A stretch of DNA of 56,979 nucleotides, the filler included, from Dugesia japonica (Eukaryota): the NCBI GenBank assembly GCA_001938525.1. It is 5 parts of 5 records of this genome, joined end to end, with 100 filler letters (N's around TTAATTAATTAA, not from the genome) between each part and the next. Parts side by side here need not be neighbours in the genome. Positions count along the whole stretch, not along the records: positions 11,863 to 20,397 come from MQRL01591286.1; positions 20,498 to 31,569 come from MQRL01623542.1; 3 more parts are not named here. One strand, 5' to 3'. A program made the position numbers and the translations under genes. Position 1 is the first letter of the stretch. Each line of letters starts with the position of its first letter. This document shows positions 13,839 through 26,380 of this stretch, piece after piece. The notes under the pieces were generated by a model. It did no database searches and had not been told where the DNA came from. It saw only the letters and a program-made list of their open reading frames with translations.

Positions 13839-14585
13839 TATTAGGTTGTCTACAAAGTTTCCGTCGATTTTCTGAATAGCCGGCGAAAAAGTTCTGTATA
13901 TAGTTTAAAGGATATTAAATTTGTTTAAATATTTCAATTTTTAAAATCTTATAATCATTCAATTCAAATTGCTTTAAAAGATTTGATATTTGATTAATAA
14001 ATAAAAATNTATTCATCTTTTGGAATGGATATAAATAATGAAGAAATTCGACGATTATTGAAATTTTATTTCATTAAAAGCAAGCGTGCTAAGCAGGTTT
14101 CTAAAATGATTTGTGTAGTTTATGGTGCACATGTTGTATCTCATAGTACAGTCTGCGAATGGTTTGCTCGATTTCTCTCAGGAAATTCTAACGTCAAAGA
14201 CGCAACTCATTCTGGCTGATTAATCTGTCAAAAAGGCGGTAAAATCATTCAGAAAGTGGAGGAAGGAGCCATGAAATCGCTAAGGATCTCAGTATTCATC
14301 ATCAAACCGCTTTGAACCATTTACAGAAATCTAGATTTCAAAAAAACTGTATCTTTGAATTCCAAATAATTTAACACAGAAAAATTTAATAGACTGAATT
14401 TTAATATGCTAATCTTTGCTAAAAAGATATGAAATCGAACTATGTTTGAAACGTCTCATGACAAGTGACTAAAAATGGATCCATTTTGATAACAATGTGC
14501 AAAAAAGATATTTGACAAGACTTCGTGAGACCCCAAAAACGGTGGTAAAGCCAAGATTGACACTAAAGAAGGTAATGTTCTATTT
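13839..14585 (+). mobile_element. Mariner (Mos1-like) transposon remnant, 5' TIR and N-terminal transposase
   Basis: TA-TTAGGTTG.. terminus at about 13839; MDINNEEIRRLLKFYF..ICVVYG..VCEWFARF.SGN..VKDA.HSG HTH; degenerate TSD*KWIHFDN and KP.LT.KKVM motifs. Confidence 0.85.
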
Positions 14586-15254
14586 CTAATTCACAAGCCT
14601 AATTGATGAATGCCAATTGCTATATAACAGATGACATGACTTGGAAATTTCATAAGTTCGAATACCATTTAATTAATTTAAGTGTGAGAGATTCATTTCG
14701 CTATATATACCCTTACTATAATCATGCTTGAAACTATAAATAATTCGTCATTGATACTCGTGACAGTTCGTTTTATTATACCCCATAAACGTCTCTTTGA
14801 TTATTAACTAAAAACTTCCTATAAGCTTTATTAAAATCACTTACTATTAATTTCTTTAACCCGAATGCTGTTTATGCACAGGAATAATCTCCGCTTGTAC
14901 TAATAATTGCTGAATGCAAAAATACTGACACACTCATAAAATATATCAAAGATGATCCCTATTGCGGTAAATATTAGCATAATAATTAACGTAGTTTATA
15001 TAAAATTAACCAGTTAAATCCCATTATATTATTGATTAATGAGAGAATTGTCATAGAATTATGGTTGATGATTATTTAATTAAACTATAATTCAATAATC
15101 GACTTTTCGTACGCATCGAACCAACAACTCAAANTCATATCGATTTTAAATTCCTTTAAATTTATGATCAANTTTAGTATGAAGGCTTATTGCAAACTTG
15201 TAATCTACTATGAAATAAAAATATACTTAATTGACACACTATTACAGATTTTAA

Positions 15255-15486
15255 CCCTTTCGCACTGACTTTCCGCTTATGACACGAAGCTAAATTTATA
15301 TATTGGAACTTGTTAATATTGACCTAAATGTGAAATATTCTCATTTTTGTAATCGTGGTGCTTCTGAATATCCTGAACAATGAAACACTGAAAATAAACT
15401 CTAACATCGCAAATTGCTTTTAAAATATCCCAGTAGGATCATGATGAAAGTTTCTGGGACGTATTGTCCCAATAGAGGTGAAAGGG
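15255..15486. mobile_element. piggyBac-type MITE
   Basis: TTAA-CCCTTTC...GAAAGGG-TTAA, i.e. TTAA TSD and CCCTTTC TIRs. Confidence 0.85.
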
Positions 15487-15571
15487 TTAACATTATTCAT
15501 AAACACTATCGAATTTATTCTAATCACTAGACAGCTCAACAGACGACATAAATATTTTTATTTGTTGTTAC

Positions 15572-16227
15572 TAGGGGTAGGATTTTAATGACTTTATTTT
15601 TTTGAATTGTCAGATGCACGAATATTTATATGATTAATTATTAATTAAAAAAATTTTCACATTTATGTATAATTTAATGCAAAATAAATCATTTTTATTG
15701 ATAGTTTTATTCAGCATTTTTACATTTTTTCTGTCATTTGATAGGATTTAGGTAATTTTTTACTAAATGTGAAANNNNNNNNNNNNNNNNNNNNNNNNNN
15801 NNNNNNNNNNNNNNNATACAAAAAAAATCAATTGATCGGTTTGCTATCATGAAACATCGATAATAAAATTCTCTTAAAAAATGCCAGAAATCAAACCAAG
15901 CATTTTGGAAAATTTGCGAAATTTAGTTTCTGAATTTGGAAGTGAAATATTTTCAATTGATGAGAAACTTTTATTTTACAAAATATGCTATACAAAAGTT
16001 GCTACTGAAAAACCCTTCACTGTCGAACAGGACATTACTTGTGAAGACCATAAGCTTGAAATATAATGTAATCATGAGAAGAAGTAACACTTTCTTCAAA
16101 AAAGAGTTATAATATAAGGCGGAATTTGCAAATTCTCTATGGATTTGTGTTAAGCTTTAATATCGCTAAATATTTCTTTGGACAAATTACTCAATTCAAA
16201 GTTTCAATCTTTTTGAGAGGTACACAC
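15572..16227 (+). mobile_element. hAT-related (CGGBP1-like) transposase N-terminal remnant
   Basis: TAGGGGTAGGATTT terminus-like start; MPEIKPS..LVSEFGSEIFSIDEKLLFYKIC..V..EK.F.VEQ zinc-finger-like segment, then FSMDLCKALI..NISL.KL. Confidence 0.6.
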
Positions 16228-16300
16228 TAGGGTATATCGGTATTGGGATATTTTTTCAAAACCGGGATTCGGTATTATGGTAAATAAAAACGTTTTTTTG
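16228..16300 (+). mobile_element. Left end of a TAGGG..CGGTAT-type MITE truncating the transposase
   Basis: TAGGGTATATCGGTATT..AAAACCGGGATTCGGTATT; no right end found. Confidence 0.35.
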
Positions 16301-17059
16301 ATTTTTATTTTAAGCTGTTTATTTATTTAAGTTTTAATTAAGGTTTGGAATATTATTTATTCAGTAAATAGAAAATTTTTATAGTTTTTTAATATTGTAA
16401 TTTTCATTTTTTGAAATAATGTTTCAATACAACCAAAGTGTCAATCGTATCATCATACCTAAAAGTATTCTGAAATTCCACTCCACCAATTAGATCTAAA
16501 AAAAATTAAACTTTAAAAAAATATTTATACGTTTCAAATAACTAATTTCTTTTCAATTATATTTTAGAGAGCCAATCATATCGCGGCAAATTATTATCAG
16601 GTTGATATTTATTTTCTAAATTTACTTATTAAACTTTATTTAGTGTATTAATATTATTGTGAGTATGTTTTGAAAAGCGAGTTGAAATTTTTGTGCTTTG
16701 GTTTTGAAATCATTTTCTTAAAATCTTTTTTTAAAATTGAAAATCAGAAATTAATTATTAATGTTAAATTAATGATTATTTTATTTGAATTTTCAAAATT
16801 ATATTAAATGAAAATTTAATCTAAAATTTTAAATTTATTGAAAAAGGATTGACAATTAAAGCATAGAGTTTTAATTTCTTTGAATAAACAAATAGTGATG
16901 GATATAGTTTTGTTTTGAATAAATACTTTATGGAAACGAGTTTTGACATTAATTACGCAATGAGTACTTCAAACTCATCTTTCATGGTAGCAGCAGTAAA
17001 CACCGATGCGACTAAAGAGAGATTGCTGCCAAAAATATTTTGGAGAGGCGATGATCTAA

Positions 17060-18377
17060 AGAAGTGGTTTATTATTATTATGAAAATATTCATTTGCCAG
17101 CGTCTGCTGAACCTAACAGATATATGCATTATGAAGAATTTACTGGTCCAGATTGTATTATCAGTTTTTTATCAGCGTTAGAGCTTATCGCGTAAACCAA
17201 AGTTTCACTTTGGTATGAGAATGCAAGAGTTCCATTGCCCCCGCAATCATATCAACAATGGAGGAATTTTAAAAATGCATCAGAATGTTACTTATGCCAA
17301 AAATCATCAGAACAATATGTGAGAGATCATTGTCCTGTTACCGGACAATTTCTTGGAGCTGCGTGCAATAAATGTAATTGGTCCAAACAGATCCACAGCA
17401 TGTTGCCAGTCTTTTTTCACAATCTAAAATGATATAGCTTGCATCATACACTTAAACATGCCATCAACAAATTTACCACTTGGAATCTCAATGCTATTCG
17501 TCAGACTTAGAAAAATTCTCAACATTGTCAGCATTTATGAAATCAGATTATCAAAAAACAGTGTCAATTAAATTTTTGGATTCACATCAGTTCCTATCAG
17601 CTTCACTGAAGACATTGGAAAGACTGTTTAAAATCTATTAAATTTTATGAATTTGAGACTGTGTAACAATGAAAAGAAACTTGTTACATATGCAAGTAAG
17701 CCATAATTCAAAGATTCAAACAAAATAGCCGGTAATTTGGTTGCAGTTTTATTAAATAAGGATTTTGTAACATTAGATAAACTATCTTATATTGGACAAG
17801 AGGTTCTGGATCTATCCAAGTTCAGAATGTATAAGTTACAATATGAATTAGAGTCATTTAGAAAAACACTTAATTGTGAAATTAACATCGTCGCTGGAGA
17901 CACAGACAGTTTCTATCTCAAATGTAAGAATATTAATCAGAGACGGCAGCTTCTTTCAGCAATGATTCAAGACAAGATTTTAGACAGTTCTAATTTTCAG
18001 AAAGAAGATCTTCTTTATTCAACGCAGCCATTGGTTAGTTCAAGGATGAAAATAAAGGTCTGGCTAATTTTAAATAATGTATATTTCTTCGTCCAAAGTC
18101 ATAATCACTTCAAACAGATGATAAAACAATGATGAAGAGTAAAGGGATATATCTCAAGCAAACCATTATTAATCAAGACTATATAGACGCATATGACAAG
18201 GACGAAGAAAAACGAGCACCTCAAAGCAGAATTAGAACAGTGAACCATCAATTATTTACCATTCAAACAAGAAAGAAAGCATTGTATCCGTTTGACGACA
18301 AAAGGAATTGGACTTTTCAAAATAGCAGTGTGGCATATGGGATTACTCGTTGTAAATATTTTTTGAAAAATAAATAA
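17060..18377 (+). pseudogene. Polinton/Maverick protein-primed DNA polymerase B with endonuclease VII domain; disrupted and internally deleted
   Basis: CYLC..VRDHCPVTGQFLGAACNKCN (EndoVII), VFFHNL, FLDSHQFLSASL, YIGQEVLDLSK.RMY, AGDTDSF, KSKGI, KKAL.PFDDKR. Confidence 0.9.
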
Positions 18378-18759
18378 ATTATATAAAAAGATTTATTTAA
18401 TTTTATCTTACTATATTTAATAATGTTGTTTTATTGTTAATTATATCTGTATTGTTGTTTAATTATTTTTAAAAATTAATTGGATGTGTATATGTTTCAA
18501 CAGTTTTATACTATGATATTCTTGATCAGAGTAAAATTCTGCGTCGAATGATGTGTAACATGACATAGTTCTAGAAAAGAAATTCTTAAAAAAAACCAAT
18601 ACTGTATGTAATGGTTGTCAGTGGAACGGTTGCTATGGTAACGGTGAAAAGTATTATGCAATAGTAACGTAAGGATTACATAAGTATTAAGCAACATGAT
18701 TTAAATGGTTATGTAATACAACTATAATGATTTAAATAAAATAAATTATATAAGAAAAT

Positions 18760-19400
18760 AGTAGGTGGAAGTGAGTGCACCGGGCCAGGATGTTTACATT
18801 ATCCCAGGTGTGAACTTTCACGTCCTAATGTAAACTATGAAATTGACACCTTAGGTGTGAACTTTCACACCTTAATTAAACAATAGATATTGACACCCGA
18901 GGTGTGAATTTCATTCATTATTTTTTTTATTAAAAATTAAATGCGTTGCGCATTGAGCATCAAAAAATTCAAATTAATTTTTTTTGTTTTAATTAACATG
19001 AAAATTTCCATACATTATTACTTTTGTATTAAAAATTAAAAGTATGATGCATTGAGCTTTATAAAATACATTATTCTNNTTAATATTATTATTAACGTTA
19101 TTTCAAATATGTTTATAGGTGTTAATTGTCACATCTGTAGCATCAATTTTCACATCTAATTGTAAACAATGTTTTTTTATCGACGTGTAAATTTCCACAC
19201 ATTATTATTTTTATTAAAATGTTTTTTTATGGGTGTGAATTTTCCCACTTTTGTCATGAACTTTCACACCTTAATCATTTGTATTCATGTATGAATATTT
19301 AAAAACATATCATTGTTGTTATTTAAGGTGTGAACTTTCATACATTATTATTAACTTTGAATTTTCAAACTTTTGGCATGAACTTTCACACACCAACTTT
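18760..19400 (+). repeat. Terminal-like motif plus array of palindromic GGTGTGAA-CT-TTCACACC units
   Basis: AGTAGGTGGAAGTGAGTGCACC at 18760; full or degenerate palindrome copies at about 18807, 18854, 18901, 19186, 19232, 19257, 19327, 19379. Confidence 0.75.
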
Positions 19401-19598
19401 AAATTTTTTTTTCATTTAAAATAATTAGCCTCAAATAACTTTCTAACCAAATGAAATTATTATTATTATTAATACTATTATTAATTACTAATAGCAACGA
19501 AAAAGATTTATTTACATGATCACAGGTAATGTAAACACAGTTTTAAACATTTTTTGTAATGATTTTTTGCCATGATTATAATATGGACAGAAATTATT

Positions 19599-19991
19599 TT
19601 ACGGTATACATAATTTTACATGTTCATTTAAGTTATAATTGACAATTCGAAGACTCGGAAAAANNNNCTTGAGAGTTTTGATTTTCTTTCCATTCACGTG
19701 ATCATTTACATAAAACAATGCATTATTAGAAATTGCTTGCAAGTCATTGAGTATTCGAATTGGATCAAATTTACAATCTCCGTCAATCCACTTGAGATGA
19801 TGACGCCAGAGCCGTAAGTACTCATTAGTTGTTTGAGCAGATTTTGATAAATTACCCATTGATTCCGTCATGGCAAACATGTAATAAAACGGATGAAGAA
19901 TATTATCCACATCCATTATACATAATTCTTTAATTAAATAGTCGGCATTATTATCCTGAAAGACTTCATGATCAATAAAAAACACAGACAT
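19599..19991 (-). CDS. Polinton-associated small DEDD-exonuclease-like ORF
   Basis: N-terminal IDHEVF...YLIKELCI (DxE) pattern, H.LKW.DG; head-to-tail with the adenain ORF. Confidence 0.5.
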   Translation of the reverse strand: MSVFFIDHEVFQDNNADYLIKELCIMDVDNILHPFYYMFAMTESMGNLSKSAQTTNEYLRLWRHHLKWIDGDCKFDPIRILNDLQAISNNALFYVNDHVNGKKIKTLKXXFPSLRIVNYNLNEHVKLCIP

Positions 19992-20017
19992 TTAAAATTT
20001 TATTGATAATCACATTA

Positions 20018-20326
20018 TCATTGTTTATACTGACTTTTGAGCCATTCAATACAATACTGCTCACATAGAAATGCCAATGGATTCTGATACATGATTTGAT
20101 TGTATTCGACACGTTGTTGCATACGCTCTAATTTTGTTACCAGCAATGGTTGATAAAACATACCCATTGGATCAAATACATGAATAATATTTGGTTTGAC
20201 ATGAATAGCAATCCAATGCTCACCATCCAAATTCGAGGTATGTGTATACATAGTATCCGTTTTGTAAAAGGTCCGGTAATCGTTCGAGTGGATACACTCC
20301 TTTAAATCTCCTGCTGTCCAAATCAC
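20018..20326 (-). CDS. Adenain-like (adenoviral-type) cysteine protease of a Polinton/Maverick; 5' degenerate
   Basis: GEHWIA (His), VFDPMG (Asp), YQ....LCEQYC (Gln/Cys). Confidence 0.8.
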   Translation of the reverse strand: MIWTAGDLKECIHSNDYRTFYKTDTMYTHTSNLDGEHWIAIHVKPNIIHVFDPMGMFYQPLLVTKLERMQQRVEYNQIMYQNPLAFLCEQYCIEWLKSQYKQ

Positions 20327-20397
20327 GTTTCAATATAGTTTCAATCTGAAAAGTACTATTAATCAATAAAATTATCTTTATAAAAACAATACATACT

Positions 20398-20497
20398 NNN
20401 NNNNNNNNNNNNNNNNNNNNNNNNNNNNNNNNNNNNNNNNNTTAATTAATTAANNNNNNNNNNNNNNNNNNNNNNNNNNNNNNNNNNNNNNNNNNNN
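20398..20497. other. Artificial 100-bp contig linker
   Basis: 44 N + TTAATTAATTAA + 44 N. Confidence 0.95.
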
Positions 20498-20874
20498 TCT
20501 TTACTTCTTAATATATTTCTTTTGTTAATATTATTTTCTTTTAGATAATTATCGAACTCTGAATCATTATTCAATAGTTCTCTATTTATTTGTCTTCTAA
20601 CATTTAATAAATGTTCTTTTCCTTTTAAATGATTTTTATAACTTCTTTTTTCTTGAAACCCCTTTTCACAAATTTCACATTTAAATAATGAATTTATACA
20701 AAACTTTTCATGTGTTATTAATCCAGATTTACATTTAAAGACTTTGTTACATTTTGTAAATTTAAGTTCTTTTACTTCTTTCTTTTTTATTATTCCACAG
20801 TACTTTTGATGAGTAGTTAATCCATTTTGTTTTTTAACTTTATTACATTTCTCACAAATAATTGCTGAAGACAT
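20498..20874 (-). CDS. Intronless multi zinc-finger (C2H2/C2HC) ORF, truncated by linker
   Basis: CEKCNK..GLTTHQKYC, KCNKVFKCKSGLITHEKFC, CEICEKGFQEKRSYKNHLKGKEH. Confidence 0.7.
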
Positions 20875-21149
20875 TTTATTTAAGAAAAATTTAGTTTAAT
20901 GGGTTTTTTTAATTAATTGAGGCTACAGCTATAAGTTTTTTATTTCTATTTTAAGTTTAAGATTTTTATTTAAATTTCAATCCATAACTAGAGTAATGAT
21001 AGAACGGGGGCTTATGTTTTTAGACTATGGCTTTTAATATTTTTTTATTTTAATACACAACGTCGTAAAAAGGTGGTCTAATTTAGGTGTCAGGTCAAGC
21101 CTCTGTCTGTTGAAGGTGCCCCCGTTCCATCATTACTTATAATATATAC

Positions 21150-21904
21150 AAAATATCCTTACATCCATTCTCTTTAAAGGCTCTTAACCACTCTCCATTT
21201 CTGATAACTACTTTACCATTTCAAATTTATTGTGATAACACTTTGCATGTCTTTTTTACATTATTTTTACTGGACTTTCATACATATCTTTTTTAGAAAC
21301 AATACTTTTCATTAAAACTTTGTCTCTAATTTTAAAATGTCTTTTTGTAATTCCATACATGTTATGACTTATTTCATTCTGATCAATATGATGTTTTACA
21401 ATATTTCCGTGTTTCTTTAATTTCATGATTAATAATTCTTGTGAAATTTTCTTTTCCAAAACACATTCCGCTAGGCTGCATTTTAATGTACTTTGATTTG
21501 TAGACTTTATCATAAATTCTACTTCCGGGATTATATCCATTCAATCTAAATTCGTTTTATCTTGTAGTGTTATGTCAATAGAATATATTATAGTTCAAAA
21601 TTGTTTTACAATTTGTCAATTACTAGAATGATGATATGTAATTAAGAATTTTATCTCGATTTTAAGTTTTTCTGTCTGTTCTCTAATCACATTAGATTCA
21701 AATGATCTCTTTTTACCACATATAATAAATTAGGTGCCTCAAATTTCAAAATTCACTGATAATTTAATATATTTGCTTCGATTATTTCAGTTTGATAAAT
21801 TACTGATGTTAGTGAAATGCACTTGCTAGATTTATCTATAATACTCAATATGTATTTTTAACATATCAAGTTGTTTTCAATGGTATATGAACATCAATAT
21901 GTAT
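21150..21904 (-). mobile_element. Ty3/Gypsy integrase remnant, 3' part of host element
   Basis: IHID.., IIDKSSKCISL, FEAPNL, YHHSSN..VKQF, DIIPEVEFMI.ST.QST; heavily decayed. Confidence 0.75.
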
Positions 21905-24900
21905 TGTGAGAATGATATTTAAATGGCTTAATTTCAAATTTATATGCGTAATTAAAATAATTATTGAGTATTTTTGTTTGAATATTACAACTATTTTAAT
22001 TCAGTGTTTTCAATTTATAGAAATTTGTCATATATAAATGTTTAAAGAATATATCGTTTTTCTTGCTAATATGGCAACCACGTCAGGCTCACGTCAGGTA
22101 TGGATGTGTTTAAAAAATTCAAGGATATCCCGTTATTAACAACCAAGGATAGACTACAGTGCGCTAACGACAGTTCATTTAGTACCAAAGGAAGATTTGA
22201 GGTAGAAGTAAGGATCGGCAATACTACTAAAATGATTAGTTTCAAAGTTGTGGAGAAGGTAATCCCTAACATAATTGGTGACATTGAGTTGCATACCAGT
22301 TTTGGATTAGAACTACATTGGATAGATAGAACAGAAAAAGATAATCAAGATTAGATTTGCAATATTGAGCCGCATTTAAGAAGGATTATTACAGATGAAG
22401 AAAGATGTCAAAAATACTTTGAGTGAAATAAATACATTGGAAAATGGCTCGATCAAAAAGTTAATAAGAAAACATTCAAATATCTTTATGGCAGATAAAT
22501 GGGACATAGGATGCATAATACTGGTGATGCATAAATAGTAACAAAAGAAGGACCTATAAATGTTAAGCCATGGAGAACTCCTATGAACCTAGAGGATAAG
22601 ATAAACAAGGGAGTACGTAATCTTTTTGAAAATGGAATGATACGAAAGTGCAAATCAACATGAAACACCCCATTGATATGTATCTGGAAAAAATGAAAGA
22701 CATTCGTTTCTGTTTTGATTTTCGACAGCTGAACGCTATTTTGAAAAGAGAACCATTTCCAATGTCAATGTAGAAGAGATTCTGGATAGATTATGCGGGT
22801 CCACATTTTTCAGCTTATTAGATTTAGGTAATGCTCACTATCAAGTTGAGTTAAAAGAGGAGTCTAAAGATATAACAGCCTTTTCACTAAAGTCAGGTCA
22901 AAACTGCTTCAATAGAATGCCGTTTGGCATAGCTTTGGTGCCTGGGACATTTCAGGAACTCATGACAAAGGTTTTAGGTACAAAAAATGAAACAACGGTG
23001 TATTTAGACGATATTCTAATATATTCAGAAAATTTAGAAGAGCATTACAAAACACTGAATGAAGTATTTAGTAAAATACATCAAGCAAAACTACGTTTGA
23101 GCCCATTACAATGTCAATTGCTAAGAAGATAAACTTTTGTGACACATCATAAGTGATAAAGGAGTTCAGACCAATCCAGCAAAATTGGTTGCAATACAGA
23201 CATACGAAAGGCCCAAATGCGTGAAAAGATTAAGGATTTTCTTGGGAATATGTTGCTATTACAGAATATTCATAAATGATTAAGCAAAGAATGCTAGAGA
23301 ACTAGAAAACTGTGCTGTATAAATACTAAAAAGTTAATATGTACAGAGAGCTGCGAACAATCATTCAGACATATGAAAGAAGCGTTAACGGAGCCACCAA
23401 TTTTAGTGTTTCCGGATGTCAGAAGAGAATTCATACTGGATACGGATGCTAGCTACAATACAATCGGTGCCGTATTATCACAAATTGACGACAATGGACA
23501 AGAAAGATTGATAGCGTATGGATCAGACGCAATGAATAACTACAAATTGGGATATTGAATAACAAGGAAAGAGCTGCTGGCAATATTCTTTTTTTGCAAC
23601 CATTTCAGTCACTACTTATATGGGTAAAGATTCACTCTACAAACATACCATAAAGCGATTGCATTTATGTTAACTACGAAAAAACATATAACGGCACAGT
23701 TTCAAAATTTGATAAATTAACTAAGTGAATTAGACATTAATTTACAGTATCAGAAAAGTGACAAACATGACAATGCGGACTTTCTCTCAAAGCATGACGT
23801 CACACGAAGACCCTATAAGGGATAAATTAAAAACGAGACGATTGATTACAATAACGGAGACATCAAAATGGCAAAGAGATAATGAAGAGATACGAAAAAT
23901 ACGAGAACATATCAAAGATGGTAAGGAAGAGCGATNNNNNNNNNNNNNNNNNNNNNNNNNNNNNNNNNNNNNNNNNNNTTGGATACCAACAGATAGAAAA
24001 TCGGATATGATTAGAGAAATGCATTAGTTGCAAGCACACCAGGAACAGAAAAAGTTACCAAATATATTAGAGAACATTATGACATGACTAGGTTGTGGGG
24101 AAGTGTAAAGAAAGTTGTGGACAGATGCAAATCATGTCAGCGTTTGAATATGATAACAACTAAAACTAAAGAGGAAACTATAAAATACGAGTTGGCGAGG
24201 ACGTTTGAGAGAATATATACATATATTGATATAGCAGGACCATGGCCAGAAACCTTCCAAAAAAAGAAATATTTCGTGGCTATTATCGATCCGAATAGTA
24301 AATATAATCATTGAAAGCAACAGCAAAACAAGATGAAGAGTCAAAAACTCGTGTATTAAAAGATAACTGGATATTAAAGGTAGGAGCTCCGAGATATATT
24401 CATACAGATTGTGGTAAGGGATTTGAATCACAAAGAATGAAGAAATTTGTCTATGAGATAAATATTAAGCTATGTTTTTCAAGTCCGTATCACCACGAAT
24501 AGACTTGTAGAAAGGCAATTTCGACTATCAGAGGCTGGATTGTGGCATCAATAGCAGACAAAAACGCAAATAATTGGGCAGACATTCTACCGAAGCTTGA
24601 ATTTGCGATGAATGTGACAGTTCAGAAAACAACAGGTAAAAGCCTGGCAGAAACAGTGTTTGGTTAAAAAATCAGCAGAGAAAGATGGTTTCCACCTAAA
24701 CAACTAAAATTCGAGAAGGTAGACAATATACCGAAGGTTACGTACTCAACCCAGAGAACATTTGCTATTGAAGATGCAGTGCTTATCAAGGAGTAAACAA
24801 GAAATAAGGATCAGACTCGTTTTGTAGATCTACTCTTAGTAGTAAAAAAAGATACATGACCGAAGATATCTGATTCGAGATGAACTGGGTCGGACAATGG

Positions 24901-25161
24901 AAAGAAATGTTGAAAAGATCAGAAGATTTCTTAAAGAAAGGGAATTTAAGAATGATATTTGAATTGTTTGATTTTAAATTTATATGCGCAATTAAAATAT
25001 TTATAAAGTTTTTGAAATTTAAAAAATTTCAAGAAAATAATTAAAATAATTATTGCGTATATTTGTTTGAAGATGGAAACTATTCTAATTCATTTTTTTT
25101 TCATTTATAGAAATTTGTCATAAATAATTGTTTGATGAAGATTGCGTTTTTCTTGCTAATA
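21905..25161 (+). mobile_element. Nested Ty3/Gypsy element with both LTRs, PR(part)-RT-RNaseH-IN; no gag visible
   Basis: 5' LTR 21905-22071, PBS-like TGGCAACC 22072, MPFGI..YLDDILI, LDTDAS, YIDIAGP, PRYIHTDCG, PPT AAAGAAAGGGAA 24933-24944, 3' LTR 24945-25161, TSD TGTAT/TGTTT. Confidence 0.92.
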
Positions 25162-25700
25162 TGTTTAATTTCAAATATATCTGTAAGCAAGATTTAAAGT
25201 ATGTATTTTTTGGTTTTTGAAGATACTTTTTTTTTCGTTGACAACTTTTTACCCCTTTTTACAGTTTTATATATTATATCAGTTTTATTTCCATATCAAA
25301 TTTTCTCGAAATATATTCGTGAACTTTTTTTGAGCTAGCATGACACAATAATTGATGAGTGAATTTATAAAATTTGACTTTCATTTCTATTGGGATCCAA
25401 ATTTTTTGTGAAAAGTATAAACAATATTTTCAATCAATTTAAATTTATAATTTCTTTCAAATTTAAGTTTTTTTTAATAACATCAATTTCTTTACATCTT
25501 TCTTGTTACGTAGAAGCATCATTTTTTAACATTAGTACGAATATTTTAGTTTTAAATTTCCTAGATTTCGTTTCTTTACTTTTAGTCTGGCATTGAGCAC
25601 ACGCTTCACACGTCATTATTTCAATATGTTTTTAAAAGAGCACCTACATTGATGTGTTCGTCACCTTTTATGTATTCAAATCTAATGTCTAACCAGCTAA
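25162..25700 (-). mobile_element. Ty3/Gypsy host element 5' part (RNaseH end, CxxCxxC, integrase zinc finger)
   Basis: TCEACAQCQTK, HASSKKVHEYISRKFDM, and DIFEI continuing into IHID on the other side of the insertion. Confidence 0.75.
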
Positions 25701-25779
25701 TATATTTGATTCAAGTCTAAAATCGTGGTGTTATGGATCTTATAAGTAGAAAAATATGAGCCATAGGAACAGTCCCCCT

Positions 25780-26380
25780 TTCCCCCGCCGTCGACTGTTT
25801 TTGACAATTTGACTATTTTAGTGTTATTGACATATAGAATTTTGATTGGAGGTTACGAATACATGATAATATTTTTCTATTTCAGGTTGAAATGTTCGAA
25901 TTTTAGCTCGGAAACATCGAACATCAATAATTTGTTTTTTAATTTTTTCGGTCAAATTTTATTGTATGGTTTTAAATTTGTTCTTTTTCATCGTAGAATT
26001 AAAAAATGAACATTTTCTGTATAGAGTTTGCTAGATTAATNCTCGCTTCTCTGGGAAAAGTTATGAGCGCNCGNGAACAGTTGACCTTAATTTTAAAATT
26101 TCTCAACCAAAACTTATTGGATCGCTTTGTAAATAGTACTATTCGATTTAGAATAAAATTTTGAAAATATTTTGTATAGAATTTGATGTAAGAATATGCT
26201 TAGTTCAAAGGATTAAAAATTCTCAGGCGCCATGTCGCACCGAGGATAAAAATTTATTTTTTCAAGAAATACTTATGATAATAAAACACATTTGGTATTG
26301 TTGAACTCAGAATTAAACATTGAACATATTTCACATGTGGTTTGCTATATAATCTTTTTAGATATTAAGAAAAACCTATG
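25780..26380 (+). repeat. Dispersed non-coding repeat family, copy 2
   Basis: Blocks shared with 7440-7830 and 47150-47460. Confidence 0.65.
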
